Assembly: GCA_964549355.1 (NCBI GenBank)
Contig: CAZJUS010000004.1
Coordinates: 1-38,219 of the forward strand
Length of the DNA stretch: 38,219 nt
Reading direction: 5' to 3'
Source of the DNA: Candidatus Undinarchaeota archaeon
GTDB lineage: Archaea; SpSt-1190
Shown here: positions 19,163 to 27,016 of the stretch, piece after piece
Numbering within the stretch: the stretch's first letter is position 1
Layout of the letters: each line of letters begins with the position of its first letter
The notes under the pieces: model-generated
What the model saw: only the letters and a program-made list of their open reading frames with translations
Databases searched by the model: none
Told to the model about the DNA's origin: nothing
Position numbers and translations under genes: made by a program

Positions 19163-19750
19163 ATGGGAGACGAAAGGCAGGTCCTGGTCAAGAACGGCGC
19201 CCACATAGGGGCGCAGCGCAAGGTCAAGCCCATGGAGAAATTCATCTTCAGGGTCAGGCCAGACGGCTTGTCCATAATAAACGTCCAGCTTATCATAGAC
19301 CGCATCAAGGTTGCAGCGAGGATGATTGCTTCCGTGGATGCCAAGGACGTGCTGGTGGTCGCCAACAAAGAGCAGGCGTTGACGCCTGCCGGCAGGTTTG
19401 CGGACGTCATCGGCGCCGGCTCGGTGATAGGCAGGTTTCTGCCTGGGACCATGACCAACCCGGACCAGGACTATTTCGTCGAGCCCAAACTGGTTTTTGT
19501 GGCGGATACATACGGCGACAAGCAGGCCATCGAGGAGGCGTACCAGATGCGCATCCCTGTCATTGCCCTGGCATCAACCAACAACACCTACAACAAGGTC
19601 GACCTGGTGGTGCCGTGCAACAACAAAGGCCGGCGCAGTCTGGCGGCGGTCTACTGGATGCTGGCCCAGGAAGTCCTCAAGGCCCGCGGAGAGCTGGGCG
19701 GGGACACCGTGTTCCCTGAAAAGCTCGAAGCTTTCATGGACGGCAAGTGA
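19163..19750 (+). CDS. rps2: 30S ribosomal protein S2 (uS2)
   Basis: 195 aa with the archaeal uS2 pattern (LLVKNGAHIGAQ...NP.ME.FIFRVRPDGLSIINV). Confidence 0.85.
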   Translation: MGDERQVLVKNGAHIGAQRKVKPMEKFIFRVRPDGLSIINVQLIIDRIKVAARMIASVDAKDVLVVANKEQALTPAGRFADVIGAGSVIGRFLPGTMTNPDQDYFVEPKLVFVADTYGDKQAIEEAYQMRIPVIALASTNNTYNKVDLVVPCNNKGRRSLAAVYWMLAQEVLKARGELGGDTVFPEKLEAFMDGK

Positions 19751-19752
19751 TA

Positions 19753-19763
19753 CCTTTTTTTAC
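19753..19763 (+). terminator. oligo-T archaeal terminator after rps2
   Basis: cctttttttacc run of 7 T immediately after the rps2 stop. Confidence 0.5.
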
Positions 19764-19783
19764 CTCCTCTGCTTTGTTCCAGT

Positions 19784-20245
19784 GTGGACGGAGAAACATC
19801 AGGGGACAGTTTTTTCGCCTCGGGCTTGAGAAAGTACATGAAGGAAAGCGGAGTGCAGGACTATATTGATGCCATGTTCCGCGGTCTTGAGGAGATGGAG
19901 GCTGAACTTGTTGGTAAGCTCGAAACCTTCAGCTGCTTCGATGAAGACATATACAAAAAGGTCGTGGACATCACCAAACCCGTCGTGAAGTATTATTTCA
20001 GCAATATCAGCCTCAAAGGCCCCGGCACTCCATCAGAAGAGCTCCTAGAATTCACCCTGAAAAGTTACAAGCATGTTTTGAGGCACCTTTGGAACCACAT
20101 TTCAAAAAACTCCGGCAACCAGGATTACCTTATGTGGTTTATTGAGGAAACTCCGCGCTTCATAACTGCACTCCGGGGCGACACCATGAAATACTACGAC
20201 CTCTGCAGAAAGAATTTTGGCATGGACCAGTTCTGCAAGGCATAA
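19784..20245 (+). CDS. hypothetical protein
   Basis: 153 aa ORF (GTG start; alternative ATG at about 19837). No recognisable motif. Lies upstream of the Memo gene. Confidence 0.35.
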   Translation: MDGETSGDSFFASGLRKYMKESGVQDYIDAMFRGLEEMEAELVGKLETFSCFDEDIYKKVVDITKPVVKYYFSNISLKGPGTPSEELLEFTLKSYKHVLRHLWNHISKNSGNQDYLMWFIEETPRFITALRGDTMKYYDLCRKNFGMDQFCKA

Positions 20246-20265
20246 AAAGCCCCGGCGCTACTGCT

Positions 20266-21057
20266 TTGGTGATTCGCGAGCCACAGGCCGTCGGCTTCTA
20301 CCCCCAGGAAGGGGAGACCCTCAAGAAAATGCTCCGCCAGCTTTTCCGGAGTGCCGACAAGACTGCAGTTCCCGGCAGTTTTTCGGCGGGCGTGGCCCCG
20401 CATGCCGGCTACATATACTCCGGCCTGGCCTCGGCCATCCTCTTCAAGAGCCTCCGGCGGGCCGGGCGGATTGTCATCCTCGGGGTGGACCACTTTGCCA
20501 ACTGCTCCGACATCTGCCTCCACACCTACGACTCGTGGAAGACCCCCCTTGGGGAAGTCAAAGTCTCGCAGGACCTGGCGGAGGAGCTGGCGTCCCGGCT
20601 GAATCCGGAGCTGACATGCTCCGCCCAGGAGCACAGCATCGAAGTCCAGCTGCCCTTCCTCCAGTATCTCTGGGGCTCAAAAAACTTTGAGTTTCTTCCG
20701 GTCACTGTCCCCGCCGTAAGCCCTGAAAGGCTCCGTGAATTGGGCAGGGCCCTTTCACAGCTCCCGAAGGACATCCCTGTGGTCGCCAGCTCAGACATGA
20801 CGCACTTCAGGTCCAAGCAGGACGCCATGAGGCTTGATGCGCTGGCCATAGACCGGATAGTGGAGGCGGACCCTGCAGGCCTCCTCTCAACTGTGGAGGA
20901 ATTCGGCATCAGCATGTGCGGAGTCCACCCTGTTTCCGCCCTGCTGTACTCCCTGCCGAAAAAGGCCCGCGGGAAGCTGCTGGTCTACTACACCTCGGGC
21001 GATGTCACCGGCGACACGGGGTCGGTGGTGGGGTATGCTTCAATCGGCTTCGAATAG
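20266..21057 (+). CDS. Memo-like protein (AmmeMemoRadiSam system protein B family)
   Basis: GVAPHAGYIYSGLA and RIVILGVDHF motifs are characteristic of Memo1/AmmeMemoRadiSam B. Confidence 0.75.
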   Translation: MVIREPQAVGFYPQEGETLKKMLRQLFRSADKTAVPGSFSAGVAPHAGYIYSGLASAILFKSLRRAGRIVILGVDHFANCSDICLHTYDSWKTPLGEVKVSQDLAEELASRLNPELTCSAQEHSIEVQLPFLQYLWGSKNFEFLPVTVPAVSPERLRELGRALSQLPKDIPVVASSDMTHFRSKQDAMRLDALAIDRIVEADPAGLLSTVEEFGISMCGVHPVSALLYSLPKKARGKLLVYYTSGDVTGDTGSVVGYASIGFE

Positions 21058-21084
21058 ATTAAATACTCCTGCACCAATCCTTGA

Positions 21085-22359
21085 ATGTCGCTCCCTGCAG
21101 ATTTTGATTCAAACTACTTCAACAGGATTATTGAAAACCTGAAGGCTTCCCATGAAAAAAATATTGTAAAAGGCTCAAAAGTCCGGTCTGACTTTGCTGG
21201 GGACACGCCTGTTTTCTACATAGTCAAGTCCCTTGAGCCCAATGATTTTTCGGTCAGGTATGATGCAGGGGCTTCCGGCGTGGGCGACTGCAGGGGGCTG
21301 ACGCACTACATTGAGCATCTGATTACAGACAACAAGCCGTTCTCCGGTGTCTCAATAGGGGGGTCTACTAATGCGCACAATTTTCAGATTGACACTTTCA
21401 TCGATAAGGGGCGGAAGAACATAGAGGCCGATGCCATCAATGACAGCCAGCTTTTCCGGGATCCGGAGTATTCGAGATTTGAGGAGCAGAAGCCGTATAT
21501 ACTTGATGAATTCTACCTGCCGAGCAGGGCATCCAGTTTTGTGGCATATATGGCTTCGTCAGTCCACTTCCCGCTTGGCTCTGAGGCGGATGTCTCTGCA
21601 TGCAGGCTTGAAGACATAAAAGACAGGGCCAGGGGCTTGAAAAATTACATCAGCCATGTTTCTGTGGTCGGGCACAATGCAAGAAAAATTGTGAATCGGC
21701 TGAAAGAGGATGATGGGGCGGGAATTTTTGGGAATGATATTGAGCCCATCAAACTAAGGGATGCCGACCAAGTCTATGTGGGCATCTTGAATGGACAGTG
21801 CCACGCAGCGTTCAATATAGGAACCCCCACCGCTTCAGAAACTGTTTCAATAAAATATTTTATTTCTAAAGTTCTTGATGACATAAAGCAGGGGGGAATT
21901 TACAATGTCGGTCTTGAATGTGTTGAACCTCACTATTTTGGTGTCAGGGATGGGAAGCCGGTCAGCAACGGAGTTTTGGTTTTTTCAACTTCCCTGGGCA
22001 ATTTCGATAAAGCCGTAAGAATCGCTGTGAATTCAATGGCCAAGAATATTGAATTCAACTATGTTGACTTTTACAGGGATTTTGTTATAGGTGAAGGGTT
22101 GCTCAGCAGAAAAATAAAACTTATTGAAGATATGGGTTTGAAGAGGGGGACGCTTTCAAGCGACTCAATTTTCCCTTTTTACGAGAAGATAACTAATTAT
22201 GATTATATGGAAGCTTCAGTTGATTCAGTGGTGGACAACTTTTTTTATACTCTTCCGCTTTTTGCTGAGAAACTTGAATCTGCCGGCCGTTATTATGAAG
22301 CTGAGATTTATCAATCAAAAGGAAACAATAATAAGAGGCATCCATTTGTTATTGCGTGA
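21085..22359 (+). CDS. divergent M16 (pitrilysin/insulinase) family peptidase-like protein
   Basis: Inverted zinc motif HxxEH in GLTHYIEHLI, with a downstream Glu-rich region. Otherwise highly divergent. Confidence 0.5.
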   Translation: MSLPADFDSNYFNRIIENLKASHEKNIVKGSKVRSDFAGDTPVFYIVKSLEPNDFSVRYDAGASGVGDCRGLTHYIEHLITDNKPFSGVSIGGSTNAHNFQIDTFIDKGRKNIEADAINDSQLFRDPEYSRFEEQKPYILDEFYLPSRASSFVAYMASSVHFPLGSEADVSACRLEDIKDRARGLKNYISHVSVVGHNARKIVNRLKEDDGAGIFGNDIEPIKLRDADQVYVGILNGQCHAAFNIGTPTASETVSIKYFISKVLDDIKQGGIYNVGLECVEPHYFGVRDGKPVSNGVLVFSTSLGNFDKAVRIAVNSMAKNIEFNYVDFYRDFVIGEGLLSRKIKLIEDMGLKRGTLSSDSIFPFYEKITNYDYMEASVDSVVDNFFYTLPLFAEKLESAGRYYEAEIYQSKGNNNKRHPFVIA

Positions 22360-22922
22360 TTGAAGAGCTGGTGGCTGCCTATGGGCTTTGGGCCGTTTTT
22401 GCGACCATGGTCCTGGAATCGGCCATGGTTCCCATCCCGAGCGAAGTGGTGGTCCCGCTGGCAGGCTTCTTTGCATCCCGCGGAGCCTTCGGTCTGTGGA
22501 CTGTGGTCTGGGTTTCCACTTTCGCCAACCTCATCGGCTCACTTCTGGCATACTACCTCGGGAAGTTTGCACGGCCGTACTTCCCCCACTTTATGGAGGC
22601 GCACCTTGAACTTGCGGAGAAGTTTTTCAGGAAGCACGGCAGGTGGGCGGTCCTGACGGGGCGCATGCTCCCGGCCATCCGCACCTTCATGTCCATGCCG
22701 GCAGGGATGGCCCATATGCCCATTGTATGGTTTGCAGTCCTTACTTTCCTCGGCTCACTTCCCTGGAACTTTTTGATGGCGTGGCTGGGCTTCACCCTCG
22801 GCAGGAACTGGACCCTGGTCCATCATTACGGCAGGTATATCCTTGCCGGCTTGGTGGTGGTCGGCCTGCCGGCTGGCATCTACATCCTCAGGAACGCCCG
22901 GAAGCTTGCAGGGAAGCTTTGA
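22356..22922 (+). CDS. DedA/TVP38 family membrane protein
   Basis: ESAMVPIPSEVVVPLAGF motif and multiple TM segments. ATGA overlap with the upstream gene. Confidence 0.7.
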   Translation: MIEELVAAYGLWAVFATMVLESAMVPIPSEVVVPLAGFFASRGAFGLWTVVWVSTFANLIGSLLAYYLGKFARPYFPHFMEAHLELAEKFFRKHGRWAVLTGRMLPAIRTFMSMPAGMAHMPIVWFAVLTFLGSLPWNFLMAWLGFTLGRNWTLVHHYGRYILAGLVVVGLPAGIYILRNARKLAGKL

Positions 22923-22923
22923 C

Positions 22924-23166
22924 TCATACTTTGAAAACCTCATCGCCCGGCCGGACGCGCTCTTCCAGCTTCAGGCCGATTGACTGCCCGGGCCCTGCTT
23001 CCTTCACTTTTTCCCCGTTTATCTCCATGGACCCGACTTTCTGTTTGAAGTCTGTGGTGCTCCCTTTAAGGGCGATGGTGTCCCCTTCTGCAATTTTGCC
23101 TTCCAGCTCCACAACACCCACCCCAAGCCTGGTAAAATAGTGGGCAATCCTCCCGATTTTTTCCAT
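22924..23166 (-). CDS. small EF-Tu domain-2-like beta-barrel protein
   Basis: 80 aa with GDTIALKGSTTDF...GQSIGLKLE resembling translation factor domain 2. Confidence 0.45.
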   Translation of the reverse strand: MEKIGRIAHYFTRLGVGVVELEGKIAEGDTIALKGSTTDFKQKVGSMEINGEKVKEAGPGQSIGLKLEERVRPGDEVFKV

Positions 23167-23216
23167 ACAACCATGAACCCTGGAGGTTTTAATGGTTAAT
23201 TATTGCCATAAACTAA

Positions 23217-23238
23217 TGCGCCGGCCGGGAATTGAACC
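23217..23238 (-). repeat. duplicated 3' end (T-loop 3' part, T-stem, acceptor, discriminator) of tRNA-Gly; exact 22-nt direct repeat of 23324-23345
   Basis: tgcgccggccgggaattgaacc occurs at 23217-23238 and again at 23324-23345. The second copy is the genuine 3' end of tRNA-Gly. Confidence 0.8.
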
Positions 23239-23295
23239 GAGCTTTACGAAGCTCGACCACGGTGGCTGTCTCGCTTCGCTCGACAGCCAGCTAAT
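23237..23295 (+). repeat. tRNA-associated composite repeat element, copy A: 30-nt conserved arm with hairpin, variable hairpin, 11-nt conserved arm
   Basis: ccgagctttacgaagctcgaccacggtggc (23237-23266) is identical to 23564-23593. It contains the hairpin GAGCTT-tacg-AAGCTC. An internal 7-bp hairpin follows (ggctgtc...gacagcc), then agccagctaat (23285-23295), identical to 23625-23635. Confidence 0.75.
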
Positions 23296-23323
23296 TTTTG
23301 ATAAAGTCCCGCTTCGCGGGGGT

Positions 23324-23394
23324 TGCGCCGGCCGGGAATTGAACCCGGGCCAGCTGCGTGGCAGGCAACTGTCATACCACTAGACCACCGGCGC
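23324..23394 (-). tRNA. tRNA-Gly (anticodon GCC)
   Basis: Manual fold: acceptor GCGCCGG/CCGGCGC, D arm with GG, anticodon stem GTTGC/GCAGC with loop CTGCCAC (U33, GCC, A37), T arm CCGGG-TTCAATT-CCCGG, discriminator A. No encoded CCA. Confidence 0.85.
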
Positions 23395-23412
23395 CTAACA
23401 GTGCTGGGGTTT

Positions 23413-23455
23413 TAATAGTTAAAAAAGCTTTGCCGTCAGGCGTTGGCTTTATATT
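23413..23455. promoter_or_regulatory. divergent promoter region for tRNA-Gly (minus) and tRNA-Val (plus) with two A/T-rich TATA-like boxes
   Basis: ttttaatagttaaaaaa (23410-23427) is about 29 nt from the tRNA-Gly 5' end. ctttatatt (23447-23455) is about 37 nt upstream of the tRNA-Val 5' end. Confidence 0.4.
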
Positions 23456-23488
23456 CCACAAAAGAAAGAGCTAATGTTGTCCAGGAAT

Positions 23489-23562
<74 letters not shown>

Positions 23563-23563
23563 G

Positions 23564-23635
23564 CCGAGCTTTACGAAGCTCGACCACGGTGGCCATCCCT
23601 CGTCGCCCGAAAGCTCCTCAGGATAGCCAGCTAAT
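23564..23635 (+). repeat. tRNA-associated composite repeat element, copy B, beginning 2 nt after the tRNA-Val 3' end
   Basis: Same 30-nt left arm and 11-nt right arm as copy A. The internal segment differs in sequence and is longer (38 nt), but again forms a stem (ggccatcc...ggatagcc). Confidence 0.75.
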
Positions 23636-23697
23636 ACAGAGATGGCCGTCACGAACGAAGTGAGTGATGGCCACCACGATCAAACGCTGTAGCGTTT

Positions 23698-23782
23698 GCG
23701 GGGGTACCAAAGTCCGGTCAAATGGGCAGGACTTAAGATCCTGTGGCCAGTGCCTCCGAGGGTTCGAATCCCTCCCCCCGCA
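23698..23782 (+). tRNA. tRNA-Leu (anticodon TAA)
   Basis: Acceptor GCGGGGG/CCCCCGC, anticodon stem CAGGA/TCCTG with loop CTTAAGA, long variable arm (GGC-cagt-GCC), T arm GAGGG-TTCGAAT-CCCTC, discriminator A. A 6-bp hairpin (AAACGC-tgta-GCGTTT) abuts the 5' end. Confidence 0.85.
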
Positions 23783-23784
23783 GC

Positions 23785-23789
23785 TTTTT
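23785..23789 (+). terminator. oligo-T terminator after tRNA-Leu; the region up to about 23900 also carries T-tracts on the minus strand for the convergent gene
   Basis: gcagctttttag follows the tRNA 3' end directly. The hairpin gtgctgcc-tcc-ggcagcac and T-runs on both strands lie at 23830-23900. Confidence 0.45.
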
Positions 23790-23908
23790 AGAAAAAAGTT
23801 GCATCAAAAACTGGAGGCGTCGAAATCCGTTGACACTTTGTGCTGCCTCCGGCAGCACCCTTCTGGTCAGCTTATTTTTGGTCGAGCTCGGCCTTGTTTT
23901 TTTAATCC

Positions 23909-24937
23909 TCAATAAGCCATCGTTTTGGTCCTGTGATGTGTTTTGGCCTTGCGCCCCTTGTACCATAAATATGCATCCATATGGGCTGCATGAATATCAT
24001 AACCTTTTTTGTTCAAACCTTCAATTATTTCCTGGGCAGCCACCAATGAAGCTGCACGTATTGCAACTTCCTCCGGGCTCCCCTTTTCAATCAGCACGCC
24101 CCTGTCTATTTTGTCTGCCAACTCCTTGGAATACTTCAAAATCCCCATTGCCCTCAATGCTTCAGGAATCCGGTAATCGGATGCGATTGTGATTCCCCCC
24201 ATTCCTGAAATTTTTTTTGGGGCTTTTCTTGCAATTAAACCGCCGTATAATAAGATGGGGACCAAATTATTCCGCTTATCGAAGTAGACGGTTTCATCCC
24301 CAATATCGACGCAGTCTTCACCGTATGCCTTTGGAAACTCTTCTGCAAGCCTCTTCACAATTTTTGGAGCACTCCATTCACACTCATCCAAGAAATTTTC
24401 AAATTCTCCATCATATTTTTCACTGAGCACACGTCCGACTTCATTTAAATTCTCGACGCGCTTTTCCTTCATCTCAAGCTTTACTGCATCTTTGTTCTCA
24501 TCATTTTTCAGGAAGCCTGTGAACTCATCCAGACTCAAAGTTGCCATGTAGTTTGAGATTTTCTGGAATTTCCGTCCCCCTTCCCCCTTGACTTTGCCTT
24601 CTTCCATCAAATCAAGAATCAAGCGGTGCCATGCATCCGCGCGCATTGCACCCCCGTATCCCCATTCTCCTGTATGTTCGCCGTTGTCTTTTGTGAACCA
24701 AAACAAAGCATCACCGGAAGCAGCATATGCCTGGTGCTCTATGAACTCCTTGGCGCTGTCCGGATATCCCTGCCAATTCCATCCCGGAATTTCAAAATAG
24801 TCGGGATTGTTTTTCAGCTCCTCTGAAAATTTTTCGACCACTTCGGCAAGCTTCCCCCCATTGATTTCGACCAGCTTATTTTCAGCCAAATCCCTGCAAT
24901 AAATTCTGCAGCTCTTCAAATTCCTCGGTTCAGGCAT
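23909..24937 (-). CDS. queuosine-salvage family protein (DUF2419/QNG1-like nucleoside hydrolase homolog)
   Basis: C-terminal region ITIASDYRIPEALRAMGILKYS...HMDAYLWYKG resembles the human QNG1 (C9orf64) motifs ADYRLPQVLAHLGALKYS and LDYYLWDYA. 342 aa. Confidence 0.55.
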   Translation of the reverse strand: MPEPRNLKSCRIYCRDLAENKLVEINGGKLAEVVEKFSEELKNNPDYFEIPGWNWQGYPDSAKEFIEHQAYAASGDALFWFTKDNGEHTGEWGYGGAMRADAWHRLILDLMEEGKVKGEGGRKFQKISNYMATLSLDEFTGFLKNDENKDAVKLEMKEKRVENLNEVGRVLSEKYDGEFENFLDECEWSAPKIVKRLAEEFPKAYGEDCVDIGDETVYFDKRNNLVPILLYGGLIARKAPKKISGMGGITIASDYRIPEALRAMGILKYSKELADKIDRGVLIEKGSPEEVAIRAASLVAAQEIIEGLNKKGYDIHAAHMDAYLWYKGRKAKTHHRTKTMAY

Positions 24938-25004
24938 GCAATACCATCGCTGTAAATTAAAATAAAAATATCTTCAATTTTTGTAGTTACATTCAAAGTT
25001 TATT

Positions 25005-25271
25005 TCAGAAATTCTTCAGCAGGTCCACGAACTCTTCCAGGTCCGCCTCGAATGAGCTCTTGCCCAGCCCCTGCTTGGTCACAAAGCCGAAGGCCTTCTT
25101 GGCTTCGGGCACGACGAGGCATGAGCCGACAGTCTCCCCTTCCTTAAGAAAAATTATATTCAGATTCCCGTCAGCTTCCCTGCGGATGCCGACTTCGACG
25201 TTGCCACCGACAAACTGCCTGCCCAGTTTTTTCCCAAGAATCCTTATTGCAGTCGGGCCGTCCATCGACAT
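25005..25271 (-). CDS. hypothetical small protein
   Basis: 88 aa from the internal Met (MSMDGPTAIRILGKK...). The longer track ORF would overlap the divergent gene. Confidence 0.35.
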   Translation of the reverse strand: MSMDGPTAIRILGKKLGRQFVGGNVEVGIRREADGNLNIIFLKEGETVGSCLVVPEAKKAFGFVTKQGLGKSSFEADLEEFVDLLKNF

Positions 25272-25394
25272 AGAAGCTATGGATGAGGTAGTATATAACC
25301 ATGCCAGCACCACATGCAAGTGGTGCAACCTATTTGCATCGCCACCGTCCGGTTGCAAAGAGAGCATTTTAAAACCCTGCAGGCTACTCCGCCC

Positions 25395-25757
25395 ATGGAA
25401 AAAGCGGATTTCACTGTGGATACTTCTGACTGGAAAGTCTTTTACAAAATGAACTACGACGGGAACAAGGACAGGCTGATTGCTTTTGCAGGCCTGGTTG
25501 CCGGAACCTGCGGGCTCGGTGTCGTCAAACTCGAGCCTGCAGCATCAAAAGCTGCAGAGGCTCTTGCGGAGGAGTTTGCCGGGATTGGGGAGCAGCTGGC
25601 CGGTATGGCCAAAGCTGTCAGGAAGCACCTGAAACGGCAGGGGCTTGCCAAAAACAAATACATCGAGATGTTCACCCTCCAGCAGGCCCTCCAAATTCTG
25701 GGGGCCAAGATCTGCCTCGAGAAAAAGGAAATCAAAAAGACACTGAAAGACATTTAA
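25395..25757 (+). CDS. hypothetical protein
   Basis: 120 aa from MEKADFTVDTSDWKVFYK. No recognisable motif. Confidence 0.35.
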   Translation: MEKADFTVDTSDWKVFYKMNYDGNKDRLIAFAGLVAGTCGLGVVKLEPAASKAAEALAEEFAGIGEQLAGMAKAVRKHLKRQGLAKNKYIEMFTLQQALQILGAKICLEKKEIKKTLKDI

Positions 25758-25997
25758 GTGGGGCGGCTGTTGATAGATATGGGCCCCCTCCTTATGGGCA
25801 TCCTGGCAGCGGTCCTCGGATTCATGCTGTTTTTCTTCTACATGCTCCTGGGCAGGTCCTTCCTGCGGGTTTTTACTGAGCTTGTGCTTGCAGTCGGCCT
25901 GGCATACCTCTTCATGGTCCTGGGCTGGTCGACTTTCATGGCGTATCTGGCTGCGGGCTTGAGTGTGGCCATGATATACTTCATAAAAGCCAATTGA
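25758..25997 (+). CDS. small membrane protein (2 TM)
   Basis: 79 aa with two hydrophobic helices. Starts immediately after the upstream stop. Confidence 0.4.
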   Translation: MGRLLIDMGPLLMGILAAVLGFMLFFFYMLLGRSFLRVFTELVLAVGLAYLFMVLGWSTFMAYLAAGLSVAMIYFIKAN

Positions 25998-26007
25998 AGC
26001 CCTAATC

Positions 26008-26967
26008 CTATTTTTTGTCGGGCTTTTTCTTGGTCTCCTCTTTCTTCACACCTTCGCCCAGCAGGCCGGCAAGGTTGAGTGTCATAGCCTCATCGCTGGC
26101 CTTGTCGACCCCCTGCGGGACCTTTGGGAACACTGCAGGCATTACGATTTTGGTGCTTTGGCCTTGGGCAATCTTCGGCAGGGCGTCCTTGATATACAGA
26201 TAGCTAAGTGCATTCTTGTCAAGCTTGCTGGCGGCTTCGGCGATGGCTTCAATCATAGTCCGCTGGGCCCGGGCCTGGTACTGGGCGGCGGCCCATTCCT
26301 CTTTGCTCTGCCTCCGCAGGTGCATGGCCTGCTGGATGGGCTCCGGGATTCGCAGGTTCTGGACTTCGACATCAATAATGGTGATGCCCCATTCACGGAC
26401 CATGGGCTCTATTTTCACCTTCACTATGTCGTTGACCTTCTCAATTTCAGAATACAGCTCGTTGAGCGTGAGGTTGCTGGCTATGTCCCTTAAAGCTGCA
26501 TAAATATAGCCTCTGAGGGTTTCCTTGAAGTCCTTGATTGCGAGGATTGCCTTTTCAGGCTCCTTGATTTTATAGTAGATGATAGTGTCCACTGTGACAC
26601 GGATTTCGTCGGCGGTGATTATCTCCTGAGGCTCTATGTCCATCTGCTGGACGCGGAAGTCCACCATCGTGGCCTTCTCGAATATGGGGATTATCACCAC
26701 CCAGCCCGGCCCGGCGATGCGGTGGAAATGCCCAAGCCTGAAGACCGCCAGCCTTTCATATTCGCGGACTTCTGTAATTACCCCGACCGCCCTGAAAATC
26801 TGAATAAGTATGATGATGCCGAAGATGGTCAGTATTACTGCAAGATACTGCCTTGATGCGGGCACAAAGAGCAAGGTTACAATTGCCAGAAAAATGATGA
26901 TGAAGACTGTCTCCATCTCATTTTGGACGACCTTTCGGATTTCCTTTTTGGCAGTCTTCATCGGCAC
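26008..26967 (-). CDS. SPFH/band-7 (stomatin/prohibitin-like) membrane protein
   Basis: N-terminal TM followed by an SPFH domain (VREYERLAVFRLGHFHRIAGPGWVVIIP...DVEVQNLRIPEPIQQAM) and a coiled-coil tail. Confidence 0.8.
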   Translation of the reverse strand: MPMKTAKKEIRKVVQNEMETVFIIIFLAIVTLLFVPASRQYLAVILTIFGIIILIQIFRAVGVITEVREYERLAVFRLGHFHRIAGPGWVVIIPIFEKATMVDFRVQQMDIEPQEIITADEIRVTVDTIIYYKIKEPEKAILAIKDFKETLRGYIYAALRDIASNLTLNELYSEIEKVNDIVKVKIEPMVREWGITIIDVEVQNLRIPEPIQQAMHLRRQSKEEWAAAQYQARAQRTMIEAIAEAASKLDKNALSYLYIKDALPKIAQGQSTKIVMPAVFPKVPQGVDKASDEAMTLNLAGLLGEGVKKEETKKKPDKK

Positions 26968-26985
26968 ATAAGCTATGGGTGTTGT

Positions 26986-26995
26986 AAATATAAAA
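26986..26995. promoter_or_regulatory. shared TATA box (aaatataaaa) between the divergent SPFH gene and gatE
   Basis: Centred about 23 nt from the ATG at 26967 (minus) and about 27 nt from the in-frame GTG at 27017 (plus). It lies inside the N-terminal extension that the ORF track assigns to gatE. Confidence 0.45.
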
Positions 26996-27016
26996 AGCTT
27001 GGTTATATCTGATATC

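Noticed and set aside
19159-19829. Alternative-frame ORFs (186 aa and 110 aa) overlapping rps2
   Set aside because: Same strand but off-frame relative to the clearly recognisable uS2. The Arg/Gly-rich translations are frame artefacts.
23217-23400. Nanoarchaeum-style split tRNA-Gly (a separate 3' half gene with a complementary leader)
   Set aside because: The tRNA-Gly at 23324-23394 is complete and folds canonically. The extra fragment covers only the T-arm 3' side plus acceptor (positions about 52-73), not a 38-73 half. An integration or duplication scar is the more economical explanation, so this is reported as a repeat rather than a split gene.
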